A DNA stretch of 62,841 nucleotides, the filler included, from Rhabdomonas costata (taxonomy: Eukaryota): NCBI GenBank assembly GCA_019059605.1. It is 43 parts of 43 records of this genome, joined end to end, with 100 filler letters (N's around TTAATTAATTAA, not from the genome) between each part and the next. Parts side by side here need not be neighbours in the genome. Positions count along the whole stretch, not along the records: positions 48,309 to 49,671 come from JAHMHO010018178.1; positions 49,772 to 51,137 come from JAHMHO010018179.1; positions 51,238 to 52,600 come from JAHMHO010018180.1; positions 52,701 to 54,063 come from JAHMHO010018181.1; positions 54,164 to 55,526 come from JAHMHO010018182.1; positions 55,627 to 56,989 come from JAHMHO010018183.1; positions 57,090 to 58,452 come from JAHMHO010018184.1; positions 58,553 to 59,915 come from JAHMHO010018185.1; 35 more parts are not named here. One strand, 5' to 3'. The notes under the pieces were generated by a model, which did no database searches, was not told the DNA's origin, and saw nothing but the letters and a program-made list of their open reading frames with translations. The translations under genes were made by a program, and so were the position numbers. Below, in pieces: positions 48,317-60,924 of this stretch (position 1 is its first letter; every line of letters starts with the position of its first letter).

Positions 48317-49619
48317 GGCCTTGCACGCGAAGGTGGGCTCGGCCAGCAAAGCACAGGCGCGGTCGTTGTGAGCGGCCAAGGCCACGGCCAAGGGCACCAG
48401 CCCGGAAGCATTCTGCGAGGGAACCGTACCCAAGGGAGGAGGGGTGACGAGCAATTTAATCGGACCACGTACATCCCTCCAACCGAAAAACGGAGGAAGA
48501 AAGCCAACAACAAAGGCTCCGCCTAACTTCAGCCTAAGCGCACTGCAGCGGATTGACAGCCCAAAACCTAAAGGAGAGGGGTGGAGAGAGAAGCGCTTTG
48601 GACTGGTTGCTTGGCGGGTGTCAGAGCACTTGGGGGTGCCGCCTTTCTGTGGCCACACAAATGGACGTGGTGATAAGGCAGAGTGTGTGCGTGTGTGTGA
48701 GGCAGAGTGGGCTTATACGGTACTTTCATCACGGAAGCATGCCTTCTGAATACAATACTTTCCTCCTTCTCCGAGGCGTGTCGAAACACCAAAGCCAGGC
48801 GGTGGTTCACCGCCGACTCACCCAGTCTCCCTTCCTCCCCTCGGACCCAGGGAACGGGCTCAGTTGCTGCTTCAATCGACCTGGAGCAGTCTTGCGTACC
48901 AGCACCACCTCCCCTCTGGGACACAGAAGACCCCCCCCTCGAGAACGGTTTCGCCGGAAAGGCCAGGCCCAACCCCACGCATCCGTCTGGCTGAGCGCGC
49001 CCCCAAGTGCCGCTCTGGCCTCCTCTTTGCCCCGACCGACTTCCAGCTGCTGTACCGGTTTTCTTGCCCCAAGTGCCCAGCGAGATACACACCCACTTCC
49101 AGCTACTGTACCGCGTTTTTTTGATCCCAACTGCCCCGTCTGCGGTGCCCAGCGAGATACATACGGCGACAACGTGCTGTGCTGCGCGGCGCATGGTCGG
49201 TACGCCTGGCACACGGCCCTGGTCGACGCCCTGGTGACTCCTCACTCCTTAGACTTCTCGTGCTTCCGTCCCCTTCGCAATAGCTCTTCCCTGTAATGCG
49301 GTTATGACAATTGAGTTTGACCATTTCGTTTTCCGATCACAATCGGTGACCGTTGCACCACTCAGTTCATTACATTCTCCAGCCGTCCAAAAACACACAC
49401 CTTCACATTCACTTCGGCACAAAGCTTCAGCAAGACCGTGATGAACTCCGCCATATTATACTTCGCAGCCTCGTGCAGCAGCGTGGTGCCGGTGGCGGCG
49501 TCAAGGATGTGGTTGGGGTGCATGGCCTTGCAGGCGAAGGTGGGCTCGGCCAGCAAAGCACAGGCGCGGTCGTTGTGGGCGGCCAAGGCCACGGCCAAGG
49601 GCACCAGCCCGGAAGCATC
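48317..49619 (-). CDS. Ankyrin-repeat protein with tandemly duplicated exons (49619-49401, and 48412 to the contig end)
   Basis: 219-nt phase-0 exon DASGLVPLAVALAAHNDRACALLAEP...TGTTLLHEAAKYNMAEFITVLLKLCAEVNVK; the next exon restarts NASGLVPLAVALAAHNDRACALLAEPTFACKA, nearly identical at DNA level. Confidence 0.85.
48780..49240 (+). mobile_element. Relic of a CRE/SLACS-like non-LTR retrotransposon (post-RT zinc-knuckle region), antisense in the ankyrin intron
   Basis: QAQPHASVWLSAPPS...CPVCGAQRDTYGDNVLCCAAHGRYAWHTALVDAL matches the AxxWLxAxP...CxxC-x-DxxGxHxxxC...RH pattern of RLE-type elements; internal partial duplication of tgcccagcgagataca. Confidence 0.65.
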
Positions 49620-49779
49620 CTGCGAACAGACAAAGGAAAGGGATAACCGGAACTCAGTACGAACCACACAANNNNNNNNNNNNNNNNNNNNNNNNNNNNN
49701 NNNNNNNNNNNNNNNTTAATTAATTAANNNNNNNNNNNNNNNNNNNNNNNNNNNNNNNNNNNNNNNNNNNNTGTTTGTG

Positions 49780-50328
49780 GTCTGAGGGTGGTGGTTGCTG
49801 CGATGCCAAGCTGAGTCTATGCCTTCTTTGTGTCTCTTGGTGTTACGTAGGGTGTGTTGACATGTGGTGTTTTGGGGTCAGAGGGTGTTTGCGTGGAAGG
49901 TGATGGTCAGTGCGTCGGAGTCTGATGGTTAGTGTGTGCTTATGCGTAGTATTCGTGTTGTAAGGCAGTGTGTGTGGGTTGATGTTGGGGTTCTGTGTGT
50001 GGTTGGAGGGTTCGTCGGAGGGTGCGTGGTGTTTGGCGTAGGGTTGCTGCTTGTGGTGTTAGGGCTATGGTGTGCTTGTGTGATGTTGGAGCTACGTGTC
50101 AGGGTTTCGCGTTTCAGGGTTCGTGTTTTTGGACGTGATGGTGGGTGAGGGGTTCTGCGATGCGTCTTGGTGTTCATGCTGTGTACTGTGCTTGTTGTAT
50201 TCTTGCTGGGTGCTGCTTCGAGGTCTGAGGGTCACGGTTTTACGTCTCACGGTTTTACGTCTGAGGGTCTGAAGTCTGAGGGTGGTGGTTGCTGCGATGC
50301 CAAGCTGAGTCTATGCCTTCTTTGTGTC
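49780..50328 (+). repeat. G/T-rich low-complexity region with a ~55-bp direct repeat (49780-49834 and 50274-50328)
   Basis: gtctgagggtggtggttgctgcgatgccaagctgagtctatgccttctttgtgtct occurs twice; gtctgagg and cacggttttacgtct submotifs recur. Confidence 0.8.
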
Positions 50329-51027
50329 TTGAGGGGTTACGTGTTGTGTTCTGGGTTCATTGTGTCGTGTTTTTACGTCTCATGGTTTTACGGTGTCAGG
50401 ATGTGTGGGTCAGTGGGTTTACGTGTTGATGCTGTGTACTGAGTGTGTGTTGATGGTGAGTTGGGGTTCAGGGTGTCAAGGTCTCCGGATTTGAGTGTCT
50501 GTGGGTTTCACGTTCTGAGGGTCGATGGGTTGATGGGTTGATGCGAGGGGTGTTGGTGTAGTAGCCTTGATGTGATGTGAGTGAGGGGTGTCTGGGGTAT
50601 TTTTGTGTTCTTTGCTGGTCTTGAGATCCTTGCGTCTCTCACTCCCAACCAATATAACCAAACTATGAAACCATAACACCATTCCAGTCAGACGCACACA
50701 ACAGACACACATTCCAACTCCAAATAAATAGCTACAACACACAACAACACATATTTGCGCAACTCTACTCCAAAGACACTGTAAAAGATACACAATACTC
50801 TACACTATAAAATGCAAGAATACACGCACACAAGAAAAACAAAAGCCCATAAATCAAAATCAAAGGCCGAACACAAGATGCGAACCAGTGAACCCAATAC
50901 CGAAGCAAGAATTCTAAACACAACAAACACAACACGTGCAAAACCAGTGAAGCCAGATGCATGTACAGAGACCCTATTAGAGACAACAAGAGGGGAGTAC
51001 GATAGAGAAGTTCTTGATTATGACTCT

Positions 51028-51097
51028 CTGGAAATGGGAATTGAACCTGCGGTGGGGACCATACGCGCACATTGCATTACCACTAAGCCGTTGCGCA
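51028..51097 (-). pseudogene. Degenerate tRNA or tRNA-derived SINE head
   Basis: The minus strand has an A-box-like GGCTTAGTGGTA and a B-box GGTTCAATTCC at tRNA spacing, but the acceptor and anticodon stems do not pair. Confidence 0.55.
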
Positions 51098-51733
51098 CAC
51101 TGGTAAATTGTTATGTGGAAGGCAATTTTACAGAGATNNNNNNNNNNNNNNNNNNNNNNNNNNNNNNNNNNNNNNNNNNNNTTAATTAATTAANNNNNNN
51201 NNNNNNNNNNNNNNNNNNNNNNNNNNNNNNNNNNNNNTTGTGGGGGGTGCAGCGGCCACCGAGTTCCAGCGTTCGTCTTGACTTCAGAGTAATCCAAGTA
51301 AACCAGGGAACTTGACTTCAAAAGTCAGGCCCAAGGATCATTCCGAAGCCGAAGTATCTTCTCTACCGTTCAAGAGTTGCCACAAAGTTGTTTATAAAGC
51401 AACTTCAAGACGAAAAGATGCCGAAGGGTGCCTCCTCTCTGGTTTCGGCCAAAACATTGCGCTCGCATCCCTTCTTCCGTGTGTGATCCCATCGGCTTTT
51501 GATCAGCAGGCTTATGGGTCGTTTACAGTTTTCTTCATGAAGTTACTTTCGAAAACGTCAGTGAAAGTGAACAACTTTTAAAACAGATAGTATGTTGGCG
51601 AGCACCGATTGGCGATGCAAAATCCCACCACCACGCCAGGAAGTGAAGAATCCCCTCGCAATGGCAAGGGTAACTTCGATTTAAGCAGCCCGTGAGGAGG
51701 AAGGAACGGATGCAAAGTGGAATCGCAATACAC

Positions 51734-52505
51734 CTTGATCTCGTCAACGCGGAGCGAGCTGGAGAACATCAGCCAAAGAGAGTTGTCTCCCGGGTGTCCA
51801 GAGCCCGACTCCCGGCCCTGCGCCCATAATTTGCGAAAGCAGAGATCGGATGCCATCGAAAAACCAAGGGATACAAGGGTATGAACTCACTCTTATCTTG
51901 ACAATCATCTCTCTAGCAGAATCTGCCACTGTATGCGTGTAGAGCGGATGCGCACCTCTTTGAAGTACAGCACCATTCGTGAGAGCTGGTAGTAGTGCTC
52001 AACAATCTGAAGGAGAGATAGGAGGGGACAGCGTTGCATGCCAGGAACAGCATCAAAGCAAAGCTAACCTATGCACCCGCGAGCGACGGGAAAGGACCCC
52101 GCTAAACGGCAAGGACGCAAGAGGAGTTGGAACATGCACCGCCTCATCCTAGAGTTATGCAATGGTTGAATGACGAGCGCCCCCACACGCTTCGCGCACC
52201 TGACAAGGACGACTTATCCTCTTCCAAACGCACTCCCCACCATCGATGAGGCTTTGGGCCTTCGTGCCTTACACTCTTTCTGACCACTCCTCCTTTGCGG
52301 CCAACGCTCCATAGTGCGCTGCCCTGGCGCCTACCTTCTCATCGACCCTTGGACCCTCACTGTGAATATGAAGACAATTAGAGACACCAACATCCGCGAA
52401 CACACATACAAACCTTGAAGTGGTCGACCACGGAGAGGCAAACGTCCTCGATCTTCTTCCGCACTGCAGACGCGGTCAGCGCTTCCTCCGTAAAATGGGT
52501 CGGCC
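51734..52505 (-). CDS. Conserved hypothetical protist protein, three exons (52505-52414, 52006-51956, 51817-51734)
   Basis: GPTHFTEEALTASAVRKKIEDVCLSVVDHFK/IVEHYYQLSRMVLYFKE/GRESGSGHPGDNSLWLMFSSSLRVDEIK; three in-phase GT-AG exons. Confidence 0.65.
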
Positions 52506-54959
52506 CTGTGCACGTGTGCATGGGCAGCGGAAAGACATTTCTCCCTCAGTAGAAGAACAATCGGGACAATCGCCAGTCCACTTGCTACTCCCCAAAACAA
52601 NNNNNNNNNNNNNNNNNNNNNNNNNNNNNNNNNNNNNNNNNNNNTTAATTAATTAANNNNNNNNNNNNNNNNNNNNNNNNNNNNNNNNNNNNNNNNNNNN
52701 TGTGTGCTTTTATTTCTCTCGCAGGGAGTTAGGAAGCCTTGGCTGTGTCCCATAGGACAAGATATTTCTTCTCGCAGGGGGTTAGGAAGCCTTGCCCGTG
52801 TCCCCTAGAAAAAGGGTCACTGCGAAAAGTTATGCCATTTGTATTTCCTCATCACTCAGCTCGGTGTGCTGCGTCCATAAAAGATTTCGTTTTTTTTCGG
52901 TGATGAAAGTGATTTGAGGTAAGGTGGCTTGATGCCTGGAGAACGTGATGCATAATAGGAAGCGTGGAGTGCTTGGGAGAGCAGTTTTTAGATTTTTGAG
53001 GTCCATGAAAGCCCAGCTTGGATGGCGAATGTGCAATCCCCTCTCCTATTTCCTTGCTGGGAAATAATAGGCCAATGCAGCAACGCAAACGGAATGTGAT
53101 GGAGGTCTTCCTTCTTCCCTTTCCCAATTCTTCAGGTACTCGTCTTGACTTAGGAACAGGTGTGCTAATCCGAAGACAACCTTTCAAGGAGCTGGCTCCG
53201 AGGAAAACTCACCAACGGTCGTTATCCTTGTTTTACCTTACTCCCACCCACAGACATTTGCACACCAGACATTTTTCAGCATGTAAGATACCTCTCCAGA
53301 GGACGTAGTCACGCGAGAACCACCACAGGGGATGCCGGCGGCACGGTACACAGAGCCCAGCGCGGGGTGAGCTGGCGGGGCGCAGAGGTTGAGCAGCCTC
53401 ACCCGCGCCGATGCCAGTGCGGCCAGGCCGTTAAGTGGAGCGGGGGACTGAGTTGGGGCGCAGCTCAGCAGCAGAGCCAAGCACAGCAGCGGGGAGCTGG
53501 GCGAGGACGTGCCACCTGGGGCGGCAAGAGCAGCCTCCTTGGGGAGTTCCTCTGTTGCCCCCGGTAAAGCAGAAGGAATGAGCTAGTGAGTACGTTATTC
53601 ACAGCGCATGGAGGAAACCCTAAGGAGACACCCACTATGGGTCACTGGGAAGGGCGACAGCACGGCAGGGTAGTACTAACTTTGTAAAAGTGACAACTGG
53701 ATACGCCGCACACAACAACGCAAAAAAAAAAACAGGAGGATGCCCCAGACGCGCAAACAGTCGCCATGCTCAGGTCATCCATATCCAGTCACGCAACAAC
53801 GTCACACACTGAGCTGGGTGTGAAGGATAAACAGTAGTACGTATACATATCAGGAACCGGATCGGCTCGAATCCATAGGGGTGAAGGCCACTCTTGGCCC
53901 CTGGTTGGGGCCATTAAGTTGCAAAATTGGAGTCTCGTGCACACCCGCCACACCCACCACACGAGACATCTCCTTTTAACTTTTTATTCATTTCGATGCA
54001 TCCCCTCATTGTTGACCCCACGTTGGGCCCGAAGTAAATTAGAGCACCGGGAACCCCCCAACCNNNNNNNNNNNNNNNNNNNNNNNNNNNNNNNNNNNNN
54101 NNNNNNNTTAATTAATTAANNNNNNNNNNNNNNNNNNNNNNNNNNNNNNNNNNNNNNNNNNNNTTGTTTTTGTTTTATCGGAAAAAGTATTTGCTTGTCT
54201 TAGTTTTCATGCTCAATATGGGTGGATGTTTTGGTCAGGCACTCTGGACCAGAGATCGCGAAGTATGCATCCCCAATGGTCTTCACCTTGTAAATCTTGT
54301 AGTACCTGACCAAAACATCCACCCATATTGAGCATGAAAACTAAGACAAGCAAATACTTTTTCCGATAAAACGATAACAAGCAAACGATTTTGTAATCCC
54401 GCCCCGTTACCCATTTGATGGGTTACAGAGAAGTTCAAACGAACTCATTCTCAACGTTCCGGCATATCCAACGCGAGAATAGACACTCGGACAATTGTGC
54501 GAAAACTCAAGAGTCGCACGAAGCCGCGCAAAAAAACCACTACCTGACGTCCCCTTTGGTTCTTCAGAACTCTTCATGCGAAAACTGGCTGAGGTGCAGG
54601 GGTAAGTGAAAAAAATTTCCCCAACCACTGAGGAAGAAGGATCCAACACATCACAGAAGATGCAGCATATAGAAGATCCAGGGGACACCTGCATCCCCAC
54701 CTAACCCCTGCAAAATCTTCTGTTGGAGTCCCAGGGGACTCCTCCACGAGGGACTTGGGGGAAATGTTTTCACTTAGCCACAAAACTTCACAGCTCACCC
54801 TACCGGGGGGGGGGGCATAAATGATATATGCACTAGCGCCGGCAAGAACTTTGGCTTGCCATGGCAATGGGCCAAGAAGGATGACAGGGTACAAAGAAAG
54901 CATACCAGGGAGCGTTGGTGACGGGAGAGAGCCCAGTTTACCCCCCCCCCCCAGGGAAC

Positions 54960-55095
54960 CTTAATGTACACCAGGGGAAGATCAGGCTGGGTGTCCGCCT
55001 CGTGGCTGAGGGCGGCAACCTCTCGGGCAAAGCTGGCCGAGAGCTCCTGCACAGCCATGCTCATTCGGTACTGGTAAAGGGATTGGGGCTCCCCG
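54960..55095 (-). CDS. Exon of an unknown protein
   Basis: ttcag|..GEPQSLYQYRMSMAVQELSASFAREVAALSHEADTQPDLPLVYIK|gttccc; GC3-rich. Confidence 0.45.
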
Positions 55096-56259
55096 CTGAA
55101 CGCAACACACACACACACACACAACAGATACTGAGGCGTACCATACAATCAGATGGTCTGTCTGAAAGCAAAGAGTCGGCGAGCAGCAACCTCAGTGAAA
55201 ATTGAGTCAGATTACACTGGAAGGCGAACCGCTCGATGGTCTGCATCAAAAAACCGAAGTGAAGCATGGAGTCGATCACCACCCGATCTGCAAAGAACCC
55301 ATACAGAAAACGAGCTTCTGCTGGACTTAGGGCAACGCTGTATGCTGTATGAAGAAAAACTTCCGCGAGAAAACCTCCACCTCTCTTGTCGTTCTTCTAG
55401 AAAAAGGGCCTGTCTGTGCATGTGGGTATCCGAAGCAAACACACGCACAGATCAGGTTTTCTCGCTGTGCGCTGGACCACTGGAGGTAGTCCATATCCTG
55501 GGACATGTCGTGCACACACCCAACCCNNNNNNNNNNNNNNNNNNNNNNNNNNNNNNNNNNNNNNNNNNNNTTAATTAATTAANNNNNNNNNNNNNNNNNN
55601 NNNNNNNNNNNNNNNNNNNNNNNNNNTGGGTGTGTTTGTGGGGGTACGCTGACGTTGAGGCAGAAAAGGCATGCAAGTGATCAGGAAAAAAGCTCGGAAA
55701 AATGGGGACTGCGATTGGGCAGGCATCTCAAAGGACCTGGCGGACTCGCCCGCCCTCAGCTGAAAAGCTGATCCAAGGAAAACACCGGCAAGGGAAGAGG
55801 GACTGTGTGGAGTGGGTGCTTCGTCACGCTGGGATACTGCAACCCCACAAGGTCCGCGGAACAACAAAGGGAATGGATCAGCACGGGAAGAACTCCCCAG
55901 ACAAGGTATGGGGGGAAGAAGGCTCCAAAAGCCACAAAAACGGCGATGGCCTGCCTTCCATCCAAAGCGGTGGCTGATGGGTGCATGCACGGACGGACCG
56001 AAAAAAAGCCATCTAACACGCAGCATAAGGCAAGGCATTCAAAAAGGGCCTCGCGAGGCAATCAAGGGCACAGAGGAAGGGCCGTGTTGACCCCCCCCCC
56101 TCGACACCCCACGGGGGTACACGGACCTGGGGACCCTCGACTCTGGACCATATTCCTGGCAGCCCAACGCGGCTCGAGCAGCAGGCAACAGAGTCAGCCC
56201 ATTTTGGAAACTAGGAACCCACAGCGAGGCCCAGCCTCTCGGCCCACGCCCACCGCCTC

Positions 56260-56895
56260 TCAGCTGTCGAAGGGCTGGATCCTGTCCCGAATTGGCTCCC
56301 GGCAGATGGGACACTTCTTCAGGCTGCGGGCGCACGGGGCGCAGGTTGCACGGTGTTTGCAAGGGTACAGGATGATCTGGCTCTCGTGCTCCATGCACAC
56401 GCAGCACTTCTTCTTGTCCACCAGGAAGCCCCGCACCCGCGTTCTTAAACCACAGCCACCGCAGAAAAGAAAACGCCAGAACCCACAAGAAAAACGGTTG
56501 CAGCAGGAAGGTCACCCACGACGGTACATACGATAAACATGATATCATATTCGGAGGGGGACTGTAAAAAATCCTGCCTGTCAGGATTGTAAAGAACTCT
56601 CTCCCATCACAAATAATTTCAGTCTTGTAAAACTTGTGTATTCGAAGCTCCAGTGTTCTGTTCAACGACTTTACCGACGTTTTCCAGTTGCGCACCCACG
56701 TATGAAAAATAGGAGCTGTGCCCCAAGCGCAACCTCGCGCATCGGGACCGTGTTGCGGAGGACAAACGGCCCAGACAGAAAGAAAGGGAGTGCGCCCCGG
56801 AGGAAACCTGTAGTCCTCCACGCGAGACTCCAGCGCCATCAGCTCCGCGGTGGGGAGCTTCTCCGCGGTTTCCAGCGGGGGAAAGGAATCTCGAG
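56260..56895 (-). CDS. C-terminal RING-HC (zf-C3HC4_3, IAP/MIB type) E3 ligase, last two exons (56895-56808 and 56443-56260)
   Basis: ...LESRVEDYR/TRVRGFLVDKKKCCVCMEHESQIILYPCKHRATCAPCARSLKKCPICREPIRDRIQPFDS*; this frame is absent from the ORF track. Confidence 0.9.
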
Positions 56896-59800
56896 CTGAG
56901 CATGAGGTAGGTCCCACACTCAACATTCAGCAAACACATTAAAGCCCTCAGCTTGCAATAAGTTTCCGCTCCTCGGCCGTCGCCCAACTNNNNNNNNNNN
57001 NNNNNNNNNNNNNNNNNNNNNNNNNNNNNNNNNTTAATTAATTAANNNNNNNNNNNNNNNNNNNNNNNNNNNNNNNNNNNNNNNNNNNNGTTTGTTGGTC
57101 TAGCAGCACACATATATCCTCCTCTGAATGCCTCCGAAGCTGCATTCATCCATAGGTCTGGGTCCACCACAGAAATGAGGGGCGGGGAGGACCACCGTTA
57201 AAATCTTCACCCCTATATAGCGGAGGACACGGCACGGATATCAATAAATTTTAAGTTGACTTGGCCTCAGGTCTCTTTGGGTTCGCTGTCCTAGCGAAAA
57301 GTGGTGTTCATTGTAATGGCACACCGGCAGCGCACCAGTGCGGCTGATTTATATGCGTGCATGTAGGCGGAAAGAAGGGGGAAGCACTGAGAAGGGAAAT
57401 TTCGTCGACTGCAAATCGACCAACTGAAAACAAAACGTAACGAGCACATACAAAACTGAGTGAGGGGAGTGAACAAGGAGGTTTTGCTCAATGACAACAG
57501 AGTAATAAGAGTTTCACCCAAAGCTGAAAGGACGAAGCATCCATCCATGCATTTTATTCTGGTGACATCCAACCAAAAGCTTGGGAACAGCAACAGTCTC
57601 TCATACTGGCAGGCGGCCATCAATTTACCTCTAATCTCTCATATACCATCCCTCCGCACACCGTTGGGACCACCACAATATTGTCGGCCTTCACAGCTGC
57701 CTCGTTCGCAACAGGAGAAGGAGCAGGAGAAGGAAGAAGCCTTGATCCCTCACCGCCTCCACCACCACCACCAGCAGCAGTAGCGGGGGAGACGGTGACG
57801 TCCGTGGCAGTGGGGAGAACTTGCCCAGGCAGCAGCGGCTGTGTGGAGGACAACACAAAATTACACAGCGCACTGCACGACGAGGAGACATGACTGCATC
57901 CACTTTCGACCGGCGCTTTCTATTCCCTTCCCAAATCGAGAGAGAGAGAGAGAGAGAAAGTGAGAGAGCTTTGGACTGCTCGAGTGTAATGAAAAGCGCG
58001 GGCCCTCACCACTTAGGTATTTCGGTCGTTGCGGCCTCTCATTTCTCTCATTTCTATATGGGCTGCTTCGAGGCTGGCACAATTTGCGGCATTGGTGACA
58101 TTCCCCCTAGGGTGAGGAATGTTTGCGCACATCACGACTGTTTCTTTAGGGGGCAAAGTTTCCCTGTGACTCCTGCGATGCAGGTGTCCCTTGGGATTCC
58201 AATAGTAGCCTGGCAAGGGGGTAGGTTGCGGTGCCCGTGCCTCCTGAGATTCCAACAATAGCTTTCGCACGGGGTGAGCAGGCAATGCAATTGTCCCCTG
58301 GGATACCAATAGAAGGTGTTAAAATGGAATAAATCATAAATAGGCTGGCACACCGGCGAGCAGGTGGGCGGACAGTGTGCCAGCCTACAGTTCTTTGCCA
58401 AAAAGCGCCCTTGCAAGCCTGTGTAAAGGCAAAAAGGGCTCAAAACAACCCCNNNNNNNNNNNNNNNNNNNNNNNNNNNNNNNNNNNNNNNNNNNNTTAA
58501 TTAATTAANNNNNNNNNNNNNNNNNNNNNNNNNNNNNNNNNNNNNNNNNNNNCTTACGCTGCTTTCAAGTTGCTCGGACTGGATGCCAACTGCTGATATC
58601 CTGACACAAATTGTAGCCTTTGCTCTCCCCCGCGAACAGGCGCACTTCCCCATGTTTCTACAATCTTATCATGAAGCCCGAGGAAACCAGCAACGAACTT
58701 TTTTCTTCTTCGAAATCTTATGTTTTCTATTTTCATTTATTTTTGAAAGCTTAGCTTTTTTTACTCGAAGTATTCCGTTGCATCCATTCTTTGCTGTTTT
58801 CGACCAATTTTCACTGGTTTCTTCGGCCAAGGGTAGCCGTATCCCATACACATTCTTGTTTCCCGGTGGGCAGCCGACCAGCTGCTATCACCCTTGCGTT
58901 GTTTTGGAAGCTGAGATTCCCGATGCATTCACGTCACCAACTCTTACAATTGTCAAAATCGCCACAATGTTGTTTTTCAATTTCAGACTGGGAGCTCGCT
59001 GTAACTCGATCTCCCCGGTGGATGGTTGCCGGCGTGGATATAACTTCCTTTTTTGTGTTTCTCTCGTCTTCTCCCTCTCCAACCATCCTTGTGGCTTTGT
59101 TCAATAACCGACATTCGAGAAATCGGGCCGTTCTCCTTTTTTGGCCTTCTTTGCTTCCGTTTGTTTCCCTCCCCATTGCCTGTGTTTCGGTTTGGTGAAG
59201 GGCGGAGCGAACGTTGGTGGGTGAGTACGGAAAGCCGTGAAGCTTGGAAACTTCCGGCATCCACTTGTATTCACTGTCATGCCACTATTCCCTCCCCTCT
59301 CTTTTCTTTTTGTTGGCTTTCGCACGTTTTTCTATACTGTGACGCTTTGTGAGCGCGGAGAAATGAAGGGGGTGGTTTGGCTTCTTGGCTCGCATACTCC
59401 CATTCTGAACTTTCTCTTCTGGAAAACGCGGTGCGGCACTTCCTGCATCACAAGAGATGGGAGAAGGTGCCAAAGTACCTGCGGTCGTGAAGCGTGAGAG
59501 TCTTTCAAGCTCTGGCCCTTGAGTTGTTGCCACAGATGAACCCCGCTGATTTCTGATTTCATAAGAATGCATGATTTATGGTGTCCAACTGCCACAAAAA
59601 GCAGTATTCTATGATAGATATGAGGCGGTGATCCTGCATGGAAAGAACGGACCTACGCACGCAGGTTAAGATTCCGAGACTATCGCTGACCAATGCCCCT
59701 GAGGCCGCCAGCACATCTATGCCGCACTCCACCTCGCCAAGGTCGGGATCACTGAGCGCGGGATTCTCTGCCCCGAGGCTGTGCACCGTGGTGTGCTTCG

Positions 59801-60139
59801 ACTTGGCCCAGTTCGAAGCTCTGGCGACTGGAAGAGACCTGGGAATGGTACTTTCCGCCAATTTGCGAATGTTCATTTCAGAAATACCACCGTAGCAACT
59901 TTTACCCACCAAACCNNNNNNNNNNNNNNNNNNNNNNNNNNNNNNNNNNNNNNNNNNNNTTAATTAATTAANNNNNNNNNNNNNNNNNNNNNNNNNNNNN
60001 NNNNNNNNNNNNNNNGGGGTTTTGGGAAGAGAGCTGTGAAAGAGAGGGAGCAAAGAGGCGGAGGTTCCAGTTGTAAATTCAATCGCGAAAGAGGATGTGG
60101 ATGAGAGAGGTGTTTTTAGGAGATCAAAAAGGAAATAAT

Positions 60140-60212
60140 TACCCGCGGTGGGGATCGAACCCACAATCTCCTGGTTAGGAACCAGACGCCTTATCCATTA
60201 GGCCACGCGGGC
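60140..60212 (-). tRNA. tRNA-Arg(CCT), intronless
   Basis: GCCCGCGTGGCCTAATGGATAAGGCGTCTGGTTCCTAACCAGGAGATTGTGGGTTCGATCCCCACCGCGGGTA folds into a full cloverleaf; anticodon loop TT-CCT-AA; no encoded CCA; T5 Pol III terminator at 60126-60130. Confidence 0.95.
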
Positions 60213-60924
60213 ACTCAGGGTATGACACACTTTTTGTTCCTGAAAGAAGTAGATGTTGTGAGTTTTCCAATTGTGGGTGGTACAAGGGAGCATTGCAGAA
60301 AATTAGATTGCATCTTGAGTATTTCGACGACGACCGTGACATTCTCTTATTTAGAATGCGTCTTGCAAACTGCTGGATAACCAACTGGGCTCGATTTGCT
60401 GATCACGAACGAAGTGGGCGTTGTTTGGTGAGGTTTTATTGGTGGGAGTTTATATTAGAGAAATTTCAGCTTCGGGACCAACGGGATCCCCTTGCGATAA
60501 AACTGGCACTTTTGCCACCGCCGCCTTCCCACGGTCCTCTGGAGAGGACGGGGTTAGAAACCGTCTCTTCGAGGGGTTCCCCCTCCCTTCTCATAAGAAG
60601 ACTGGTTGGAGGCTCGCGCTCCTCTTGTAGTACCTCGCCTCACCTCCTGAACAAACACTGTGTAAACATGCTTCTGGGGGAACAAAGGGCGCCCTGCAAC
60701 CCCCGCTCAGTCAAGTTCAGACCTATTAGACCCAAACGTCGTCCTCCGTGCTCCCAGTGCCCTTGGGTGTGGGTGTGTATTTTAGACAATCTGCCCGCGA
60801 CAGCTCGATGGATTTTTTCGACATAGTCCGCCTTCTCCTCTGGTACCTCGCCTCACCTGATGCTCTCATTCTGTGCCCCCTTCGTGTCAGGACGGTCTTC
60901 CCGTACACTCCATGTTGTCTTTTT

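Noticed and set aside
54164-54380. About 67-bp inverted repeat resembling a pre-miRNA or TIR
   Set aside because: It starts at the contig terminus; a fold-back chimera is the simpler explanation.
56039-56926. 295-aa ORF in the track
   Set aside because: It reads through an intron and is off-frame over the RING exon; the spliced model explains the region.
59760-59850. RLCTVVCFDLAQFEAL resembling the first motif of a class III nucleotide cyclase
   Set aside because: Too short and degenerate to call without a profile search.
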